Counted from the stretch's first letter, positions 30,865 through 41,554 are shown. The stretch: 64,000 bases of DNA from an uncultured Erysipelotrichaceae bacterium (GCA_947569705.1 CANOSP010000011.1:485-64484); one strand, 5' to 3'. The notes: generated by a model from the sequence alone, not told the origin. Numbers and translations are program-made.

Positions 30865-31779
30865 TCAATAACATTCATTTAGGAAAATCGGCTTTTTCAA
30901 TTGCGCAAATGCTTCTTTCGGTGTACGCACCTTGCAGTTATACAGCTTATTGAATAAATCATAATTATTAATGCGTGCCATTGTGGTCGCACTTTTTTTA
31001 GGAATCGTCAACGGAAATAACCGCTCCAGTTTTTCCGATTGTGATACTGTTACCGTAATGTCCGGATAACCGTCGGATATAAATCGCAACAGCTTCATTA
31101 AAGCAACCGAATCTAAGTAAACAATCTCACTCACCTTAACCTCAACACTGTTTTCACGATATACCGCATAACCGCAAACCTCATGATCTTTATTACGATA
31201 TACACAAATATTGCCGTGATCCAACACAGAGCGTTTCAGAAATAAATCATAATAGTGAACATCACGCACATAGCTGCAGTCAAAATGACGGCTGTATTTC
31301 CGAAATACTTCCTCTAACTCTCTTGCGGTAATATGATGAGAAACACCGCTTGTCGATACTTTATCAAAGTAATGAGTATTGATCGTATATGTTTTAGATT
31401 CATAAACGGTTTCAAAACCAAACGGCTCATAAAGCTTAGGATTGAACGCTTCGATAAATGTAAGCAGATGATTATGACTGATTTCATCTAAAGCACTGTT
31501 CATTAAATAATGCATATGCCCTCTTCTGCGGTAATCAGGCAATGTCGCAACGCCGAGAATATAGGTACTTTTCAATTTTCTACCGTTAAAACAGGCGATA
31601 TGTTCATTCATCTGCAGTGATGCAATAATTCGCTCATCCTGAGGCAGATAAAGGCATTTCCCTTCATCGAAGACATGCTTAAAATAGTAGCTCAAATATG
31701 CTTTGCTCTTGGTCGGATATGCACTTTTCCATAATTCATATATTTCAGGTTTATTCGGTTTACCGGCTTCCTTAATCAC
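30865..31779 (-). CDS. GNAT family acetyltransferase (Eis-like N-terminal region)
   Basis: GVATLPDYRRRGHM acetyl-CoA-binding motif, YEPFGFE. Confidence 0.85.
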   Translation of the reverse strand: MIKEAGKPNKPEIYELWKSAYPTKSKAYLSYYFKHVFDEGKCLYLPQDERIIASLQMNEHIACFNGRKLKSTYILGVATLPDYRRRGHMHYLMNSALDEISHNHLLTFIEAFNPKLYEPFGFETVYESKTYTINTHYFDKVSTSGVSHHITARELEEVFRKYSRHFDCSYVRDVHYYDLFLKRSVLDHGNICVYRNKDHEVCGYAVYRENSVEVKVSEIVYLDSVALMKLLRFISDGYPDITVTVSQSEKLERLFPLTIPKKSATTMARINNYDLFNKLYNCKVRTPKEAFAQLKKPIFLNECY

Positions 31780-31788
31780 ATTATCATC

Positions 31789-32043
31789 CTATCTATCTTC
31801 ATCTATTTCGGTTTCTGTGTACTCCACATCGATAATATCGCAATCCTGTTTACGATTTCTGTTATCATAATAAGTAGTTTCTGAATAATAATAACCGTTA
31901 TTTTTTCTTTTGCGATATGCTAAGAAATTCATCACTCCTACTACGATCACCAACACTACGATGGCAGGCCATAAAAAAGAAAATAAAAGACCGATAAGAT
32001 TAATGATAATCACAAAAATGATAAAAGCGAATATAAATTCCAT
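31789..32043 (-). CDS. Small hypothetical membrane protein
   Basis: Two TM stretches, acidic DIIDVEYTE tail, RBS GAGG. Confidence 0.7.
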   Translation of the reverse strand: MEFIFAFIIFVIIINLIGLLFSFLWPAIVVLVIVVGVMNFLAYRKRKNNGYYYSETTYYDNRNRKQDCDIIDVEYTETEIDEDR

Positions 32044-32391
32044 AAGATAACCTCATTTCTCTATTTATTATAATATAAAAACTGATACTTTGAAATATTA
32101 AGTTGAAAAAAACAGTCGCAATCTTTGACAAAACAGTTTCAAACAGAAAGTAAACACGAAACTGATGATGTGATATATTCTGTAGTTTTACAAAAGATGC
32201 AGGAAAAGACTGTCGCACTCATCTATTTGATGTTTATTGCGGCAGTCTTTAAGAACAGTCAGATATAAAGATATACTCAAACAACAAGTAAGCATCTTGA
32301 ATTGCTGCTTGAGCAAAATTTCATTCAGCTTCTTATCTGCTAAATACTGAATTTGAATTGGGAAGCAAGCAGCTAAAGCATGAAAAGGCGA

Positions 32392-32841
32392 TTATTTTTC
32401 GTCACAGCAGTCATCATCATGATCATGATGACGTTTGCAGCGGCGATTTCTGCCGTAACCGTAATCATCATAATCAAAATCAAAGTCATAAATCGGTCCG
32501 TACAATGAATCAAAATCATCGCAGCACTCGTGATTCATATTGCGGCATTCACAACGATCCGGACGTTCACCACGGCAGTTCTTTAAACAGCTGCGATACT
32601 GTTCTACACAGCGATCCTCACAATCGGGACGAGGACATGGTTTCGGTGGACGCGGTTTGGGCGGGCATGGTCTGGGCGGACAGGTCGGCGGAGTACAAGG
32701 TCTCGGGCAACGACTTTCCTGACAACGATAATGATTTTTTTCACAACCGCAGGAACTTGCAGAATTAACACGAATTCTTTCCCCTGCCATACATGAATTA
32801 GATTGAGAGAAAGAACAGCCGCATGGTTTCGCATTACGCAT
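32392..32841 (-). CDS. Cys/Pro/Arg-rich protein, possibly spore coat/exosporium
   Basis: 149 aa, CPRPC/PPKP repeats, many Cys, RBS AAAGGAGGA. Confidence 0.65.
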   Translation of the reverse strand: MRNAKPCGCSFSQSNSCMAGERIRVNSASSCGCEKNHYRCQESRCPRPCTPPTCPPRPCPPKPRPPKPCPRPDCEDRCVEQYRSCLKNCRGERPDRCECRNMNHECCDDFDSLYGPIYDFDFDYDDYGYGRNRRCKRHHDHDDDCCDEK

Positions 32842-32949
32842 AAGATAATTCCTCCTTTATGAGATATTTGTTATCTCAATGTATCGTATGCGTTTGCACA
32901 ATATCCCTTATAGGCTAATCCATCGCTATAAAAGTTTTTCTTTATTTTC

Positions 32950-33765
32950 CTAATCACTCTCAAGCATTGCCTTCATCGTATCCATTGTCGTATAGGCATT
33001 CACAGAAAAACGCGGAAGCGCAAAAGCGTGGTCCGTCTTTGATGCTTTTCGATTTTCATGATAACCAAATGCCAATTTCACACTGTTTTCTTCCAAAACA
33101 GATATTATCTCATCATTATAATGTCCGAACGGATATGCAACAAATGAACAGTCTGTAATTGTTAATTGTTGTTCATAATCCTTTTGCAGCTGTTGTTTGG
33201 AAGCGCGATCAACCGCATATTCGTGATTATCATGATCATGCAGCTGATAAGTGTGGGAATAATATTCCACCGTTTCCTGATCCTTTAAATCTTCCTTACT
33301 CAAATAGGTTGACGCTTCATCTGCCTGTTTCACCAAAGATCCTACTACAAATGTAGTTCCTCGATAGCCGTATTCCTTCAATATCGGTGCTATGATTTCT
33401 TTCGATGAACGATAACCGTCATCAAATGTTAAAACTACAACTTTTTCAGGCTTTTCCCTTTTTCCGCATTTCCATTCATATAATTCCTGCATCGTCCATG
33501 TCGTATATCCTTGTTCATATAAATATGCAATTCTCTCGCGAAACATACTTTCGCTTTCGACCCACATATTATAAGGATACTCCTGTTGCTTCACTTCATC
33601 ACGAACAACATTGTGAAATCCGAGAATCGCAATCTTGTCATTGTTTCGTGTAAAGCAGATATGAAATAAGGTCGCGATCAAATAAACCGAAATAATAATC
33701 GGCAGGATTACTCGCTTATTCCTGTATCGGTCTAATATATTTTTTCGTGCTGGGATTGTTTTCAT
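32950..33765 (-). CDS. Polysaccharide deacetylase (CE4, IcaB/PgaB-like), membrane anchored
   Basis: ILGFHNV, LTFDDGY, YSHTYQLH, FVAYPFG, LPRF. Confidence 0.88.
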   Translation of the reverse strand: MKTIPARKNILDRYRNKRVILPIIISVYLIATLFHICFTRNNDKIAILGFHNVVRDEVKQQEYPYNMWVESESMFRERIAYLYEQGYTTWTMQELYEWKCGKREKPEKVVVLTFDDGYRSSKEIIAPILKEYGYRGTTFVVGSLVKQADEASTYLSKEDLKDQETVEYYSHTYQLHDHDNHEYAVDRASKQQLQKDYEQQLTITDCSFVAYPFGHYNDEIISVLEENSVKLAFGYHENRKASKTDHAFALPRFSVNAYTTMDTMKAMLESD

Positions 33766-33872
33766 AAAATAATGGTATCATATTTTTGAAAATCTAAAAA
33801 GACAAATAAAGATAAAATGCTTCTTTCCTATGTTATAATAACAGTAGATGTTCTATGAAAAGGAGAAGTCCG

Positions 33873-34091
33873 ATGAAAAAAAAGTCCTATATTTGCCCGA
33901 AATGCGGAAATGATCAATATGAAATGATTCAAGCTGATATAACCAGCGGAAAATTGGCTTATTTCTTCAGTATTGCAAACAAAAAATTCAACGCTGTCAG
34001 TTGTACGAAATGCGGATATACAGAATTTTATCGTTATGATGCAAAAATTCCGTTTGATCAAATAAATTGCGCTGATGATGAGAATGCTTAA
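33873..34091 (+). CDS. Zinc-ribbon protein
   Basis: CPKCG..CTKCGYTEFY; start after AAGGAG (ORF track start 33855). Confidence 0.8.
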   Translation: MKKKSYICPKCGNDQYEMIQADITSGKLAYFFSIANKKFNAVSCTKCGYTEFYRYDAKIPFDQINCADDENA

Positions 34092-34196
34092 GCTGTTTCA
34101 AAGCAAGAGAAAACAGATGCCGCACCGATGACATCTGTTTTGTTTTTATATAATCTCTGTGAAATTATAGTGTTTACAATAATTTTTAGTTATATT

Positions 34197-35645
34197 TTAT
34201 TGATTGACAATTTCTAAAATATTCGGATAATACGTATAACGATCATCTACATACTGGAAAGAGCTGTACGCAATGGATTTTGCTTTATTATAGTCAATAT
34301 CTTTATAAACAGAAGCATAACGATAATAGATATAATCTTTGATCTGATTATCACGTAAAATATATCCGTATAATTCATCACCCAACTGATAATCACCGTG
34401 CTTAATATATAAGTCGGCAACATCAATCTGGATACGCTGTTGCTCACTTTGATAAAGATCAGCGAATTGTGACAATACCGCATAAGCAAAGTTCTCATAA
34501 TATTTCACATCATCGTACTGCCAGCTTGGCAACAATGCATAAGCAAAAGTGAAGAAATGTTTGAAATAAGCATTTACATCAGCACCGATCAATTCACTTA
34601 AGGCTTCAGCTTCCGTGATTTCCTTACGCTGTCCGACCATCAATAGCTTTTCCGCAAGCTTAAACTCATCTAAGTATTCACCGGCATTCGCTTCGGCATC
34701 TTCACCCATTGTAAAATTCAATGCTTTCGTGATGGATTTTTTATATTCTTTGAAATCCGCTGCCTTGATATCCATAGTTTCTGCTACTTTATCCAAAGTC
34801 ACCGCCACTAAATCAATATCATAACCCAATTCTTTATAGTCATAATTACCGTCTTTAATATTATTGCCTTCAATGATATTTTTAGCCAATTTCTTTAAAT
34901 CAGCTTCATCTAACAACAAACGATAATAATCTTCATATTCATATTGTACCTGCATCTTTTGCATATCTTGGATACAATCTGCCAAAGAACGTACTGCATA
35001 TTGATCTAATTTTTCTTGATCAACCTTTTTAACGGTTTTCTTAGCTGCCTTTTTTGCCGGTGCTTTTTCCGCCTTTTTCGGTTCTGCTTGTACAGTCGCT
35101 TTAGATTCTTTTACCTTTTTCGCTGCTTGTTTTTCAGTTGCTTTACCACTCTTGGCACTTGCTTTATCGTCAGCTTTCACTTCTGCCTTCACAGCCTTTG
35201 CTTCCTTTGATTTCACTGCGGCACTTTTCACCGTTTTTTCTGTTTTTACGGTTTTGTCCGCTTTCATTTCAGCCGTTTTTTCAACGACTGCCGCGGCTGC
35301 TTTTTTCACCGGTTCGCTCTTGACCGGTTTCGCTACTTTTTCTGTCGCTTTTTTCACATCCGCAGCTTTCACTGCCTTTGTGCTTTCCTTTACAGCCGGT
35401 TTTGCTTCCTCGGTTTTCGCTTTTTTGTTTTCAGCCTTTACAGCCGGCTTTTCTGCCTTAGTATTTTTCACTTCATTTTTCACTGCAGCTTTTGCATCAA
35501 TTTTTGCTTCAACCGGTTTTATTGCTTTTTCGGCAACAGCGGTTTTAACTGCTTTTGCTTCTACAGCTTTTTCTGCTTTTTTCACTGTATCATGATTGGT
35601 TTTTACTTTCTTAACAGATACTGTTTTCGTACTCTTTTTACTCAT
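34197..35645 (-). CDS. Hypothetical protein with Lys/Ala-rich low-complexity N-terminal half and helical C-terminal domain
   Basis: Start MSKKSTK after AAAAGGAG (ORF track start 35762); AEK/KAVK repeats over about 210 aa. Confidence 0.8.
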   Translation of the reverse strand: MSKKSTKTVSVKKVKTNHDTVKKAEKAVEAKAVKTAVAEKAIKPVEAKIDAKAAVKNEVKNTKAEKPAVKAENKKAKTEEAKPAVKESTKAVKAADVKKATEKVAKPVKSEPVKKAAAAVVEKTAEMKADKTVKTEKTVKSAAVKSKEAKAVKAEVKADDKASAKSGKATEKQAAKKVKESKATVQAEPKKAEKAPAKKAAKKTVKKVDQEKLDQYAVRSLADCIQDMQKMQVQYEYEDYYRLLLDEADLKKLAKNIIEGNNIKDGNYDYKELGYDIDLVAVTLDKVAETMDIKAADFKEYKKSITKALNFTMGEDAEANAGEYLDEFKLAEKLLMVGQRKEITEAEALSELIGADVNAYFKHFFTFAYALLPSWQYDDVKYYENFAYAVLSQFADLYQSEQQRIQIDVADLYIKHGDYQLGDELYGYILRDNQIKDYIYYRYASVYKDIDYNKAKSIAYSSFQYVDDRYTYYPNILEIVNQ

Positions 35646-35922
35646 CTTGTTCTCCTTTTCATCTATAGAAAAATTCGATAGCCGCTTCCGTGTAACAGGA
35701 ATCGCTTGACGTATTATTGCATTCAAACACATGAACATCTTTATTATAGCATATTTTCGCAAGATAGGAAACTTTCCGGTTCACCTCACCTATTACATCT
35801 TTTTATAAAACAATGATCTTTGAATCATTGCCATAATAATTAAAGGCAAACTTTGCCATAATAAAATTGTTTTTTTATCAATTTAATGTATAATATTAAA
35901 CAGTAGAAAGGGTTGATATGCC

Positions 35923-36807
35923 GTGAATCGAAAATGTATGCTGATTTATAATCCTCATGCCGGTAAAGGCAAGGTGAAAAATGCCCTTCATACTATTATC
36001 GAAGGCTTTTTTCAGGAAGGCGATCTTGTGACGTGCTTTCCTACCGCTCATAAAGATCATGCTACAGAATTGATTCAAACCTACGGCAAAGATTTTGAAT
36101 TATTAATCTGTTGCGGCGGAGACGGTACCTTGAATGAAGTAATCAATGGTTTGCTGTCGCTGAAACAGCCGTTGCCGTTGGCATATATCCCCAGCGGAAC
36201 CGTCAATGATTTTGCGAACACATTAAAACTATCTGCGAATGCGCAAAAAGCTGTGACTGCTTTTAAAGAAGGAAATACATTCGCATGTGATATTTGTTCC
36301 TTCAACGATCGTTTCTTTACTTATGTGGCTGCTTTCGGTGCTTTTACCGAGGTATCCTATCGAACTCCGCAGGCAACCAAAAACCTATTGGGACGAGCCG
36401 CTTATTTCTTAGAAGGATTAAAACAATTCCCTAATATTACGACCTACCATATGCGAATAACAGCATCCGATCGCATCATCGATGATGATTTCGTATTCGG
36501 TGCTGTCACCAATGCTCGCTCAATCGCCGGCTTTCAATCGATCAATACAAAATATGCACAACTGGATGACGGTGAATTTGAAGTTTTACTGATTCGTATG
36601 CCGCAAAATCCGCTTGATTTACAAGTTATTATCACTGCGCTTCTGAAACAGGAAATCAATGAGAAATTCATGGAATTCTTTACTGCGCAGTCAATATTGA
36701 TCGAGAGCGATACGAAGGCAAACTGGACCTTAGACGGAGAAGAAGGCGGTAATCCGGAGTTAATCGAAATCACAATCAAAAACAAGGCTGTTACCTTTCT
36801 TTTATAG
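35923..36807 (+). CDS. Diacylglycerol/lipid kinase family (YegS/DAGK)
   Basis: YNPHAGKG, GGDGTLNEVING, PSGTVNDFA, LDGE. Confidence 0.92.
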   Translation: MNRKCMLIYNPHAGKGKVKNALHTIIEGFFQEGDLVTCFPTAHKDHATELIQTYGKDFELLICCGGDGTLNEVINGLLSLKQPLPLAYIPSGTVNDFANTLKLSANAQKAVTAFKEGNTFACDICSFNDRFFTYVAAFGAFTEVSYRTPQATKNLLGRAAYFLEGLKQFPNITTYHMRITASDRIIDDDFVFGAVTNARSIAGFQSINTKYAQLDDGEFEVLLIRMPQNPLDLQVIITALLKQEINEKFMEFFTAQSILIESDTKANWTLDGEEGGNPELIEITIKNKAVTFLL

Positions 36808-36817
36808 CCTTGTTTTT

Positions 36818-36955
36818 TTATCCGTTAAAATTCACTTTATCAAAAGCTGTTTTCTTTTGTTTCTTTTTCGTTGCTTTTTGAAAACCATTCTCTTGTTTCT
36901 GTAGTTGCTGCTTTTTTACTTGTGCCAAAAGTGCCGCACCTTTTCCTTGCTTCAT
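36818..36955 (-). CDS. Small basic 45-aa protein (below the ORF-track cutoff)
   Basis: GAGG-preceded ATG; MKQGKGAALLAQVKKQQLQKQENGFQKATKKKQKKTAFDKVNFNG*. Confidence 0.5.
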   Translation of the reverse strand: MKQGKGAALLAQVKKQQLQKQENGFQKATKKKQKKTAFDKVNFNG

Positions 36956-37108
36956 ACTCTCACATCCTCACCATTGCTTTTATATAACTTAAGATCATTT
37001 TTAGATTGATATAATCGTACCATAATTAAACGTAAAAATACAGACTTCATACAAAAATTATTTCCGGGGTAATAATTTATCATTTAATATTTTAAATTGA
37101 TCATTAGC

Positions 37109-37651
37109 TTAAGGCAGCACGGCATAGAGATCTTTACTGATAATATCGGAAAGCGGAATTGTCCCGACATTTCGTGAATCATAGGAATGCTCACGATTAT
37201 CTCCCATTACGAATACCTCATCCGCGCCGATCTGAATTTCATCGTAATCATTCGTTTTAACAGTATTACTTAAAAATCGCTGCGGACATGGCTTCTGATT
37301 GATATACAGGACATTGTCCTTAATTGAAAGTGTCTCATTCGGTAATCCGATGACTCGTTTTACCCATACTTCCCCATTTTCTCTTTGGATTAAAACAATA
37401 TCAAAGCGTGTTAATCCAAATACATGTCGAAATGCAATATTGGATAGTCCGATAGTACCGTCTTTTACGGTCGGATTCATGCTTTGCCCTTCTACATAGA
37501 CCGGCATCAGACACAGGTGTGATAATATGTAAGAAAAGATAAGAGCCTTAAAGATGATGGCTGTATAAGGGATTATATGAATTATTACAAAAGATTGTTT
37601 TATTTTTTTCATTGTGATCACCGTAGTAAGTATAGTAAATTTCAGGTGCAT
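37109..37651 (-). CDS. lepB: Signal peptidase I
   Basis: VEGQSMNPT (Ser), WVKRVIGLP (Lys), GDNREHSYDSR; start after AAAGGA (ORF track start 37810). Confidence 0.9.
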   Translation of the reverse strand: MHLKFTILTTVITMKKIKQSFVIIHIIPYTAIIFKALIFSYILSHLCLMPVYVEGQSMNPTVKDGTIGLSNIAFRHVFGLTRFDIVLIQRENGEVWVKRVIGLPNETLSIKDNVLYINQKPCPQRFLSNTVKTNDYDEIQIGADEVFVMGDNREHSYDSRNVGTIPLSDIISKDLYAVLP

Positions 37652-37727
37652 ACACTGTCCTTTTTTGTCTTTTGATATTGTTATTTTTATTCTGCTTTTT
37701 GTTGTGCTATAATACATACAAAGGAGT

Positions 37728-38987
37728 TTGAGTATGAATTCAGAGGAAAGAAAAGTATTTTTTGATGATGAAAAACGACATCTGTTGATATTTATAAAGT
37801 GGTTGATCATTGCCGTTTGCTGCGGATTATTAATCGGCGGAGTCGGTACAGCGTTCTCTTATTGTTTAAGCTATGTGACACAAAATCGGCTTCAATATCC
37901 AAAGCTGGTTCTGTTTCTGCCGTTCGGTGGTCTGTTAATTGTATGGCTGTATCGTATGAGCGGTGTAAGACAAAGCAAAGGCACAAATATGGTTATCAGT
38001 TCGGTACGCTCAACCGAAAAGGTGCCGATGAAAATGGCTCCGCTGATCTTTATTTCAACTGCTCTGACTCATTTGTTCGGCGGTTCTGCCGGTCGAGAGG
38101 GCGCGGCTTTACAGTTAGGCGGAAGCATAGCGGCACAAATCGGCAGATTCATAAAGCTTGATGAAAAGGATATGCATATCATTACCATGTGCGGAATGTC
38201 GGCAGCGTTTTCTGCCTTATTCGGCACCTCGATCACAGCGGCAATTTTTCCGTTAGAGGTTATCAGTGTCGGAATTATGTATTATGCCGCCTTGGTTCCC
38301 TGTGCGATTGCTTCCCTGATTGCATCGGCGCTGGCTGCTTCCTTAGGAGTGAAAGGTGAGCATTTTCTAATTGCGCAAATACCGAATTTAGATTTAGGTT
38401 TAATATGCAAGGTCGCGTTATTGGCGATTTTGTGTGCTTGTACAGCGCGTTTGTTATGTCATATTCTGCATTTCACCAATGAATTATTTCGCATGTATTT
38501 CCGTAATCAGTATGTACGTATCTTTTGCGGCGGCTGTATGATAATCGTGCTTTCCGTATTCTGCGGAAGTGAATATTTGGGTGCCGGTATGAATATCATT
38601 GAAAAAAGTATCGAAGGAGAAGTCATATGGCAAGCGGCTTTATTAAAAATTGTCTTTACTTCCGTCACCTTGGGATGCGGCTTTAAAGGCGGAGAAATTG
38701 TCCCCAGTTTCTTTATCGGTGCGACTCTCGGTGCCTGCCTAGGCGCATTGTTAAATATTCCGATCGGCTTTGCGGCGGCTATCGGTTTGATGAGCGTTTT
38801 CTGCGGAGTTACGAATTGCCCGATCACTTCTCTGTTTTTAAGCTTTGAACTTTTTGGTTTTGTCGGCACTGCTTATTTCTTATTGGCAGACACAATAGCC
38901 TATATGTTAAGCGGCTATGAAAGCTTATATCATGAACAAAAGATCATGTATTCTAAATTTTCACCACGCTTTATTGATAAGAAATAA
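37728..38987 (+). CDS. ClC family chloride channel/transporter
   Basis: GGSAGREGAALQ, GFKGGEIVP. Confidence 0.92.
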   Translation: MSMNSEERKVFFDDEKRHLLIFIKWLIIAVCCGLLIGGVGTAFSYCLSYVTQNRLQYPKLVLFLPFGGLLIVWLYRMSGVRQSKGTNMVISSVRSTEKVPMKMAPLIFISTALTHLFGGSAGREGAALQLGGSIAAQIGRFIKLDEKDMHIITMCGMSAAFSALFGTSITAAIFPLEVISVGIMYYAALVPCAIASLIASALAASLGVKGEHFLIAQIPNLDLGLICKVALLAILCACTARLLCHILHFTNELFRMYFRNQYVRIFCGGCMIIVLSVFCGSEYLGAGMNIIEKSIEGEVIWQAALLKIVFTSVTLGCGFKGGEIVPSFFIGATLGACLGALLNIPIGFAAAIGLMSVFCGVTNCPITSLFLSFELFGFVGTAYFLLADTIAYMLSGYESLYHEQKIMYSKFSPRFIDKK

Positions 38988-39011
38988 AGGGCATAGAAAA
39001 AGGAGCACATT

Positions 39012-39284
39012 ATGAAAATACAAACTTGTGTAATTCACGATATTGATTTTAAACCTTGTTCTTACAGCGATGCTTTACATGAAAGCCTGTTGCGTATGGG
39101 ACAAGGGTTTCCGATCCATGTAAAGCTGACAGACGGTGTGTATCGTTGTATTGACGGACATAAGCGCCTGAGCGCCATCAAAGACATACTGAAAAAAGCG
39201 CCTGATCACGCTTTAAAAAACATAAAAATCATAGTTATAAATAACGCTCGCACTCCAAGCGGTACAGCGAAAAACCATCATTAA
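39012..39284 (+). CDS. Stand-alone ParB/Srx N-terminal-like domain protein
   Basis: ESLLRMGQGFPIHV..YRCIDGHKRLSA; RBS AAGGAG. Confidence 0.7.
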   Translation: MKIQTCVIHDIDFKPCSYSDALHESLLRMGQGFPIHVKLTDGVYRCIDGHKRLSAIKDILKKAPDHALKNIKIIVINNARTPSGTAKNHH

Positions 39285-39528
39285 GTTGACTTGTTTCACT
39301 CGCCTATGCTTATGTTACTATATGTTATTCACCGTTTATTATTCATCATGGCTTTTCCCCTTTCCTGTCATTCAATCTCTTTCAGCATTTGTGTGTATAA
39401 CAATACATCGCAGTATATTACTTCTTATAAGCACATAAAAACGCAGTTTGGTTTCTGCGCTTTTTTATATGAGATTTATTCTTTATTTAAATCTGAGTTT
39501 CGTCTGTTCTTAAAGTATATCTGAAAGA

Positions 39529-40894
39529 TTAATTAAAAAAGTTATAAAGACCTAGAACAAAAACGATGAATACGATGACAGGCAAAACATAGGTCATATA
39601 AGATCGCATATAGTTTTTGATTTTTAAGCCTTTGCCTGTATTTGCCTCATCTACAAACTTATTCCAGCCCCAGCCGTTTTTACGGACACAAAAAAGTACA
39701 AAGATCAATGAGCCGATTGGCAGAATTATATTACTTACCAAAAAGTCCTCAAGATCCATAATAGTTGAACCGTCACCGAACGGTTGAATACCGTTTAACA
39801 TGTTAAATTCTAATGCACACGGCAGTGAAAGCACAAACATCATAATGCCGTTTACCATGCAAGTTTTTCTTCTGCTCCATCCGGTAATATCCATCGTCGA
39901 GGCAATGATTCCCTCGAATACAGCAAAAATTGTTGAAAGCAACGCGAACGATATAAAGATAAAAAACAGACTGCCCCATAAACATATTGTTAAATATATT
40001 CGGCAATGTAATAAAAATCAGGCTAGGTCCGCTGTCAGGCTGAACACCGTTTGCGAAGCAAGCAGGAAAAATAATCAATCCCGAAACGATTGCGACAAAT
40101 GTATCAAGAAATGCGACATTAACTGCCTCTCCCATAAGGGCTCTTTTTTTGCCGATATAACTTCCGAATATAGCCATTGCGCCGATACCTAAGCTAAGGG
40201 TAAAAAACGCTTGATTCATTGCCGCAACGATTACATTGACAATACCGGCATCTAGCATTTTTTGAAAATCAGGTACAAGATAGAACGCTAAACCTTCTTC
40301 TCCCCCGCTCATAAATATGCTGTTTACGGCAAGCACAAGCATAATGATAAGTAATGCAATCATCATAAATTTTGTGATTCGTTCTAACCCGTCTTTTAAA
40401 CCGAACGAACAAACGAGAAAACCGATAATGACGACGATTAACATAAATAATACCATCGAGTTACCGTCACCCAACATATTATTAAAGTAATTGCCGACTT
40501 CGGTAACCTCAAGACCTTCAAAGCTGCCGTTTGCCATTGCCAGAAAATACCTTAACATCCAGCCTGTTACGGTTGTATAAAACATCATCAAAAGATATAG
40601 CCCGATAACCGATAAATACCCGTGTAAGTGCCACTTTGATCCTTTCGGTTCCAGTTGCTGATAAAGCCTTGCAGGGCTCTTTTGACTTGCACGTCCCAGT
40701 GAAAACTCCATTGTCATTACCGGTATTCCTAAAATAAGCAGATAAAACAAATGAATCAGTACAAATATTCCGCCGCCGTATTGACCGGCAATATACGGAA
40801 ACTTCCATACATTTCCGATTCCTATGGCACATCCTGCACTTAATAAAATAAAACCCAATCTACTTCCGAGTTTCTCTCTTTCCATAATTTTCAT
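39529..40894 (-). pseudogene. Sodium-dependent transporter (SNF/NSS family), frameshifted near 39973-39983
   Basis: ORF 39803-40894 (GCAIGIGNVWKFPY, QAFFTLSLG) and ORF 39529-39942 (STIFAVFE..C-terminal TMs) are two frames of one gene. An assembly error is not excluded. Confidence 0.85.
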
Positions 40895-40960
40895 TACCTT
40901 TTTAATTATAACATAGACAGCCTTTTACTTCATATGTAGAACGTGTTAATATCAGCTTTT

Positions 40961-41554
40961 CTACTCTGAAACATCGATATTAAATTCTATTTGTCGGATT
41001 AAATCTCCGCAGTACTGATAATTTGATACTAGACATTTCTTTCCGCTTGGTTTTTGCAATCTCTGATGATCATATTTATCCGGCATTTCCAATGCACTAA
41101 TATATTGATCTATCACTTTTAAAACAGCTTCAATTCCTGAAATACCTGCGATAATCTGTGATTGTACCTGCACTGTTTTTTGCAATGTGCGCATACGCTT
41201 TTCATTCACTATATATCCTTTTATCATGTATTCTTTCAATATTACATTTGCCCATTTTCTAAATATCGTTGCTCTTTTTGATTTAATACGATAACCTACA
41301 GATAAAATCATATCTAAATTATAATGCTTTAAAGTTCTTTTTACTGTTCTATCCCTTTCTTTTTGAACAACCGAGAAATCCTCGGTAGTTGATTGTTTAT
41401 CTAATTCTTTTTCCTTGTAAATATTTTTTATATGTAATCCAATATCAAACAGCACACTCATTTGCTTCTGCGTTAGCCAAACTGTATCATTATCTGCACA
41501 TATAGAAACATCTAACTGCAATTCCCCAGCTTTAAAAATAACAATTTCATTCAT
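40961..41554 (-). pseudogene. Truncated RhuM-Fic paralog (Fic domain lost)
   Basis: DTVWLTQKQM..YNLDMILSVGYRIKS..FRKWA; the second half is nearly identical to 43561-44499; it shifts frame at FNIDV and ends before the Fic motif. Confidence 0.8.

Noticed and set aside
35152-35595. Ala/Phe/Thr-rich + strand ORF of 147 aa
   Set aside because: Antisense shadow of the Lys/Ala repeat gene.
39291-39524. 77-aa + strand ORF after the ParB-like gene
   Set aside because: No RBS; spans a terminator-like dyad in AT-rich DNA between convergent genes.
40911-40960. 13/14 match (ACATAGAyAGCCTT) to 43549-43562 and a possible sixth rlmD end (VEK-LILTR..)
   Set aside because: Too short and degenerate, lacks the CATGT core, and overlaps the SNF gene's TGTTATAAT promoter.
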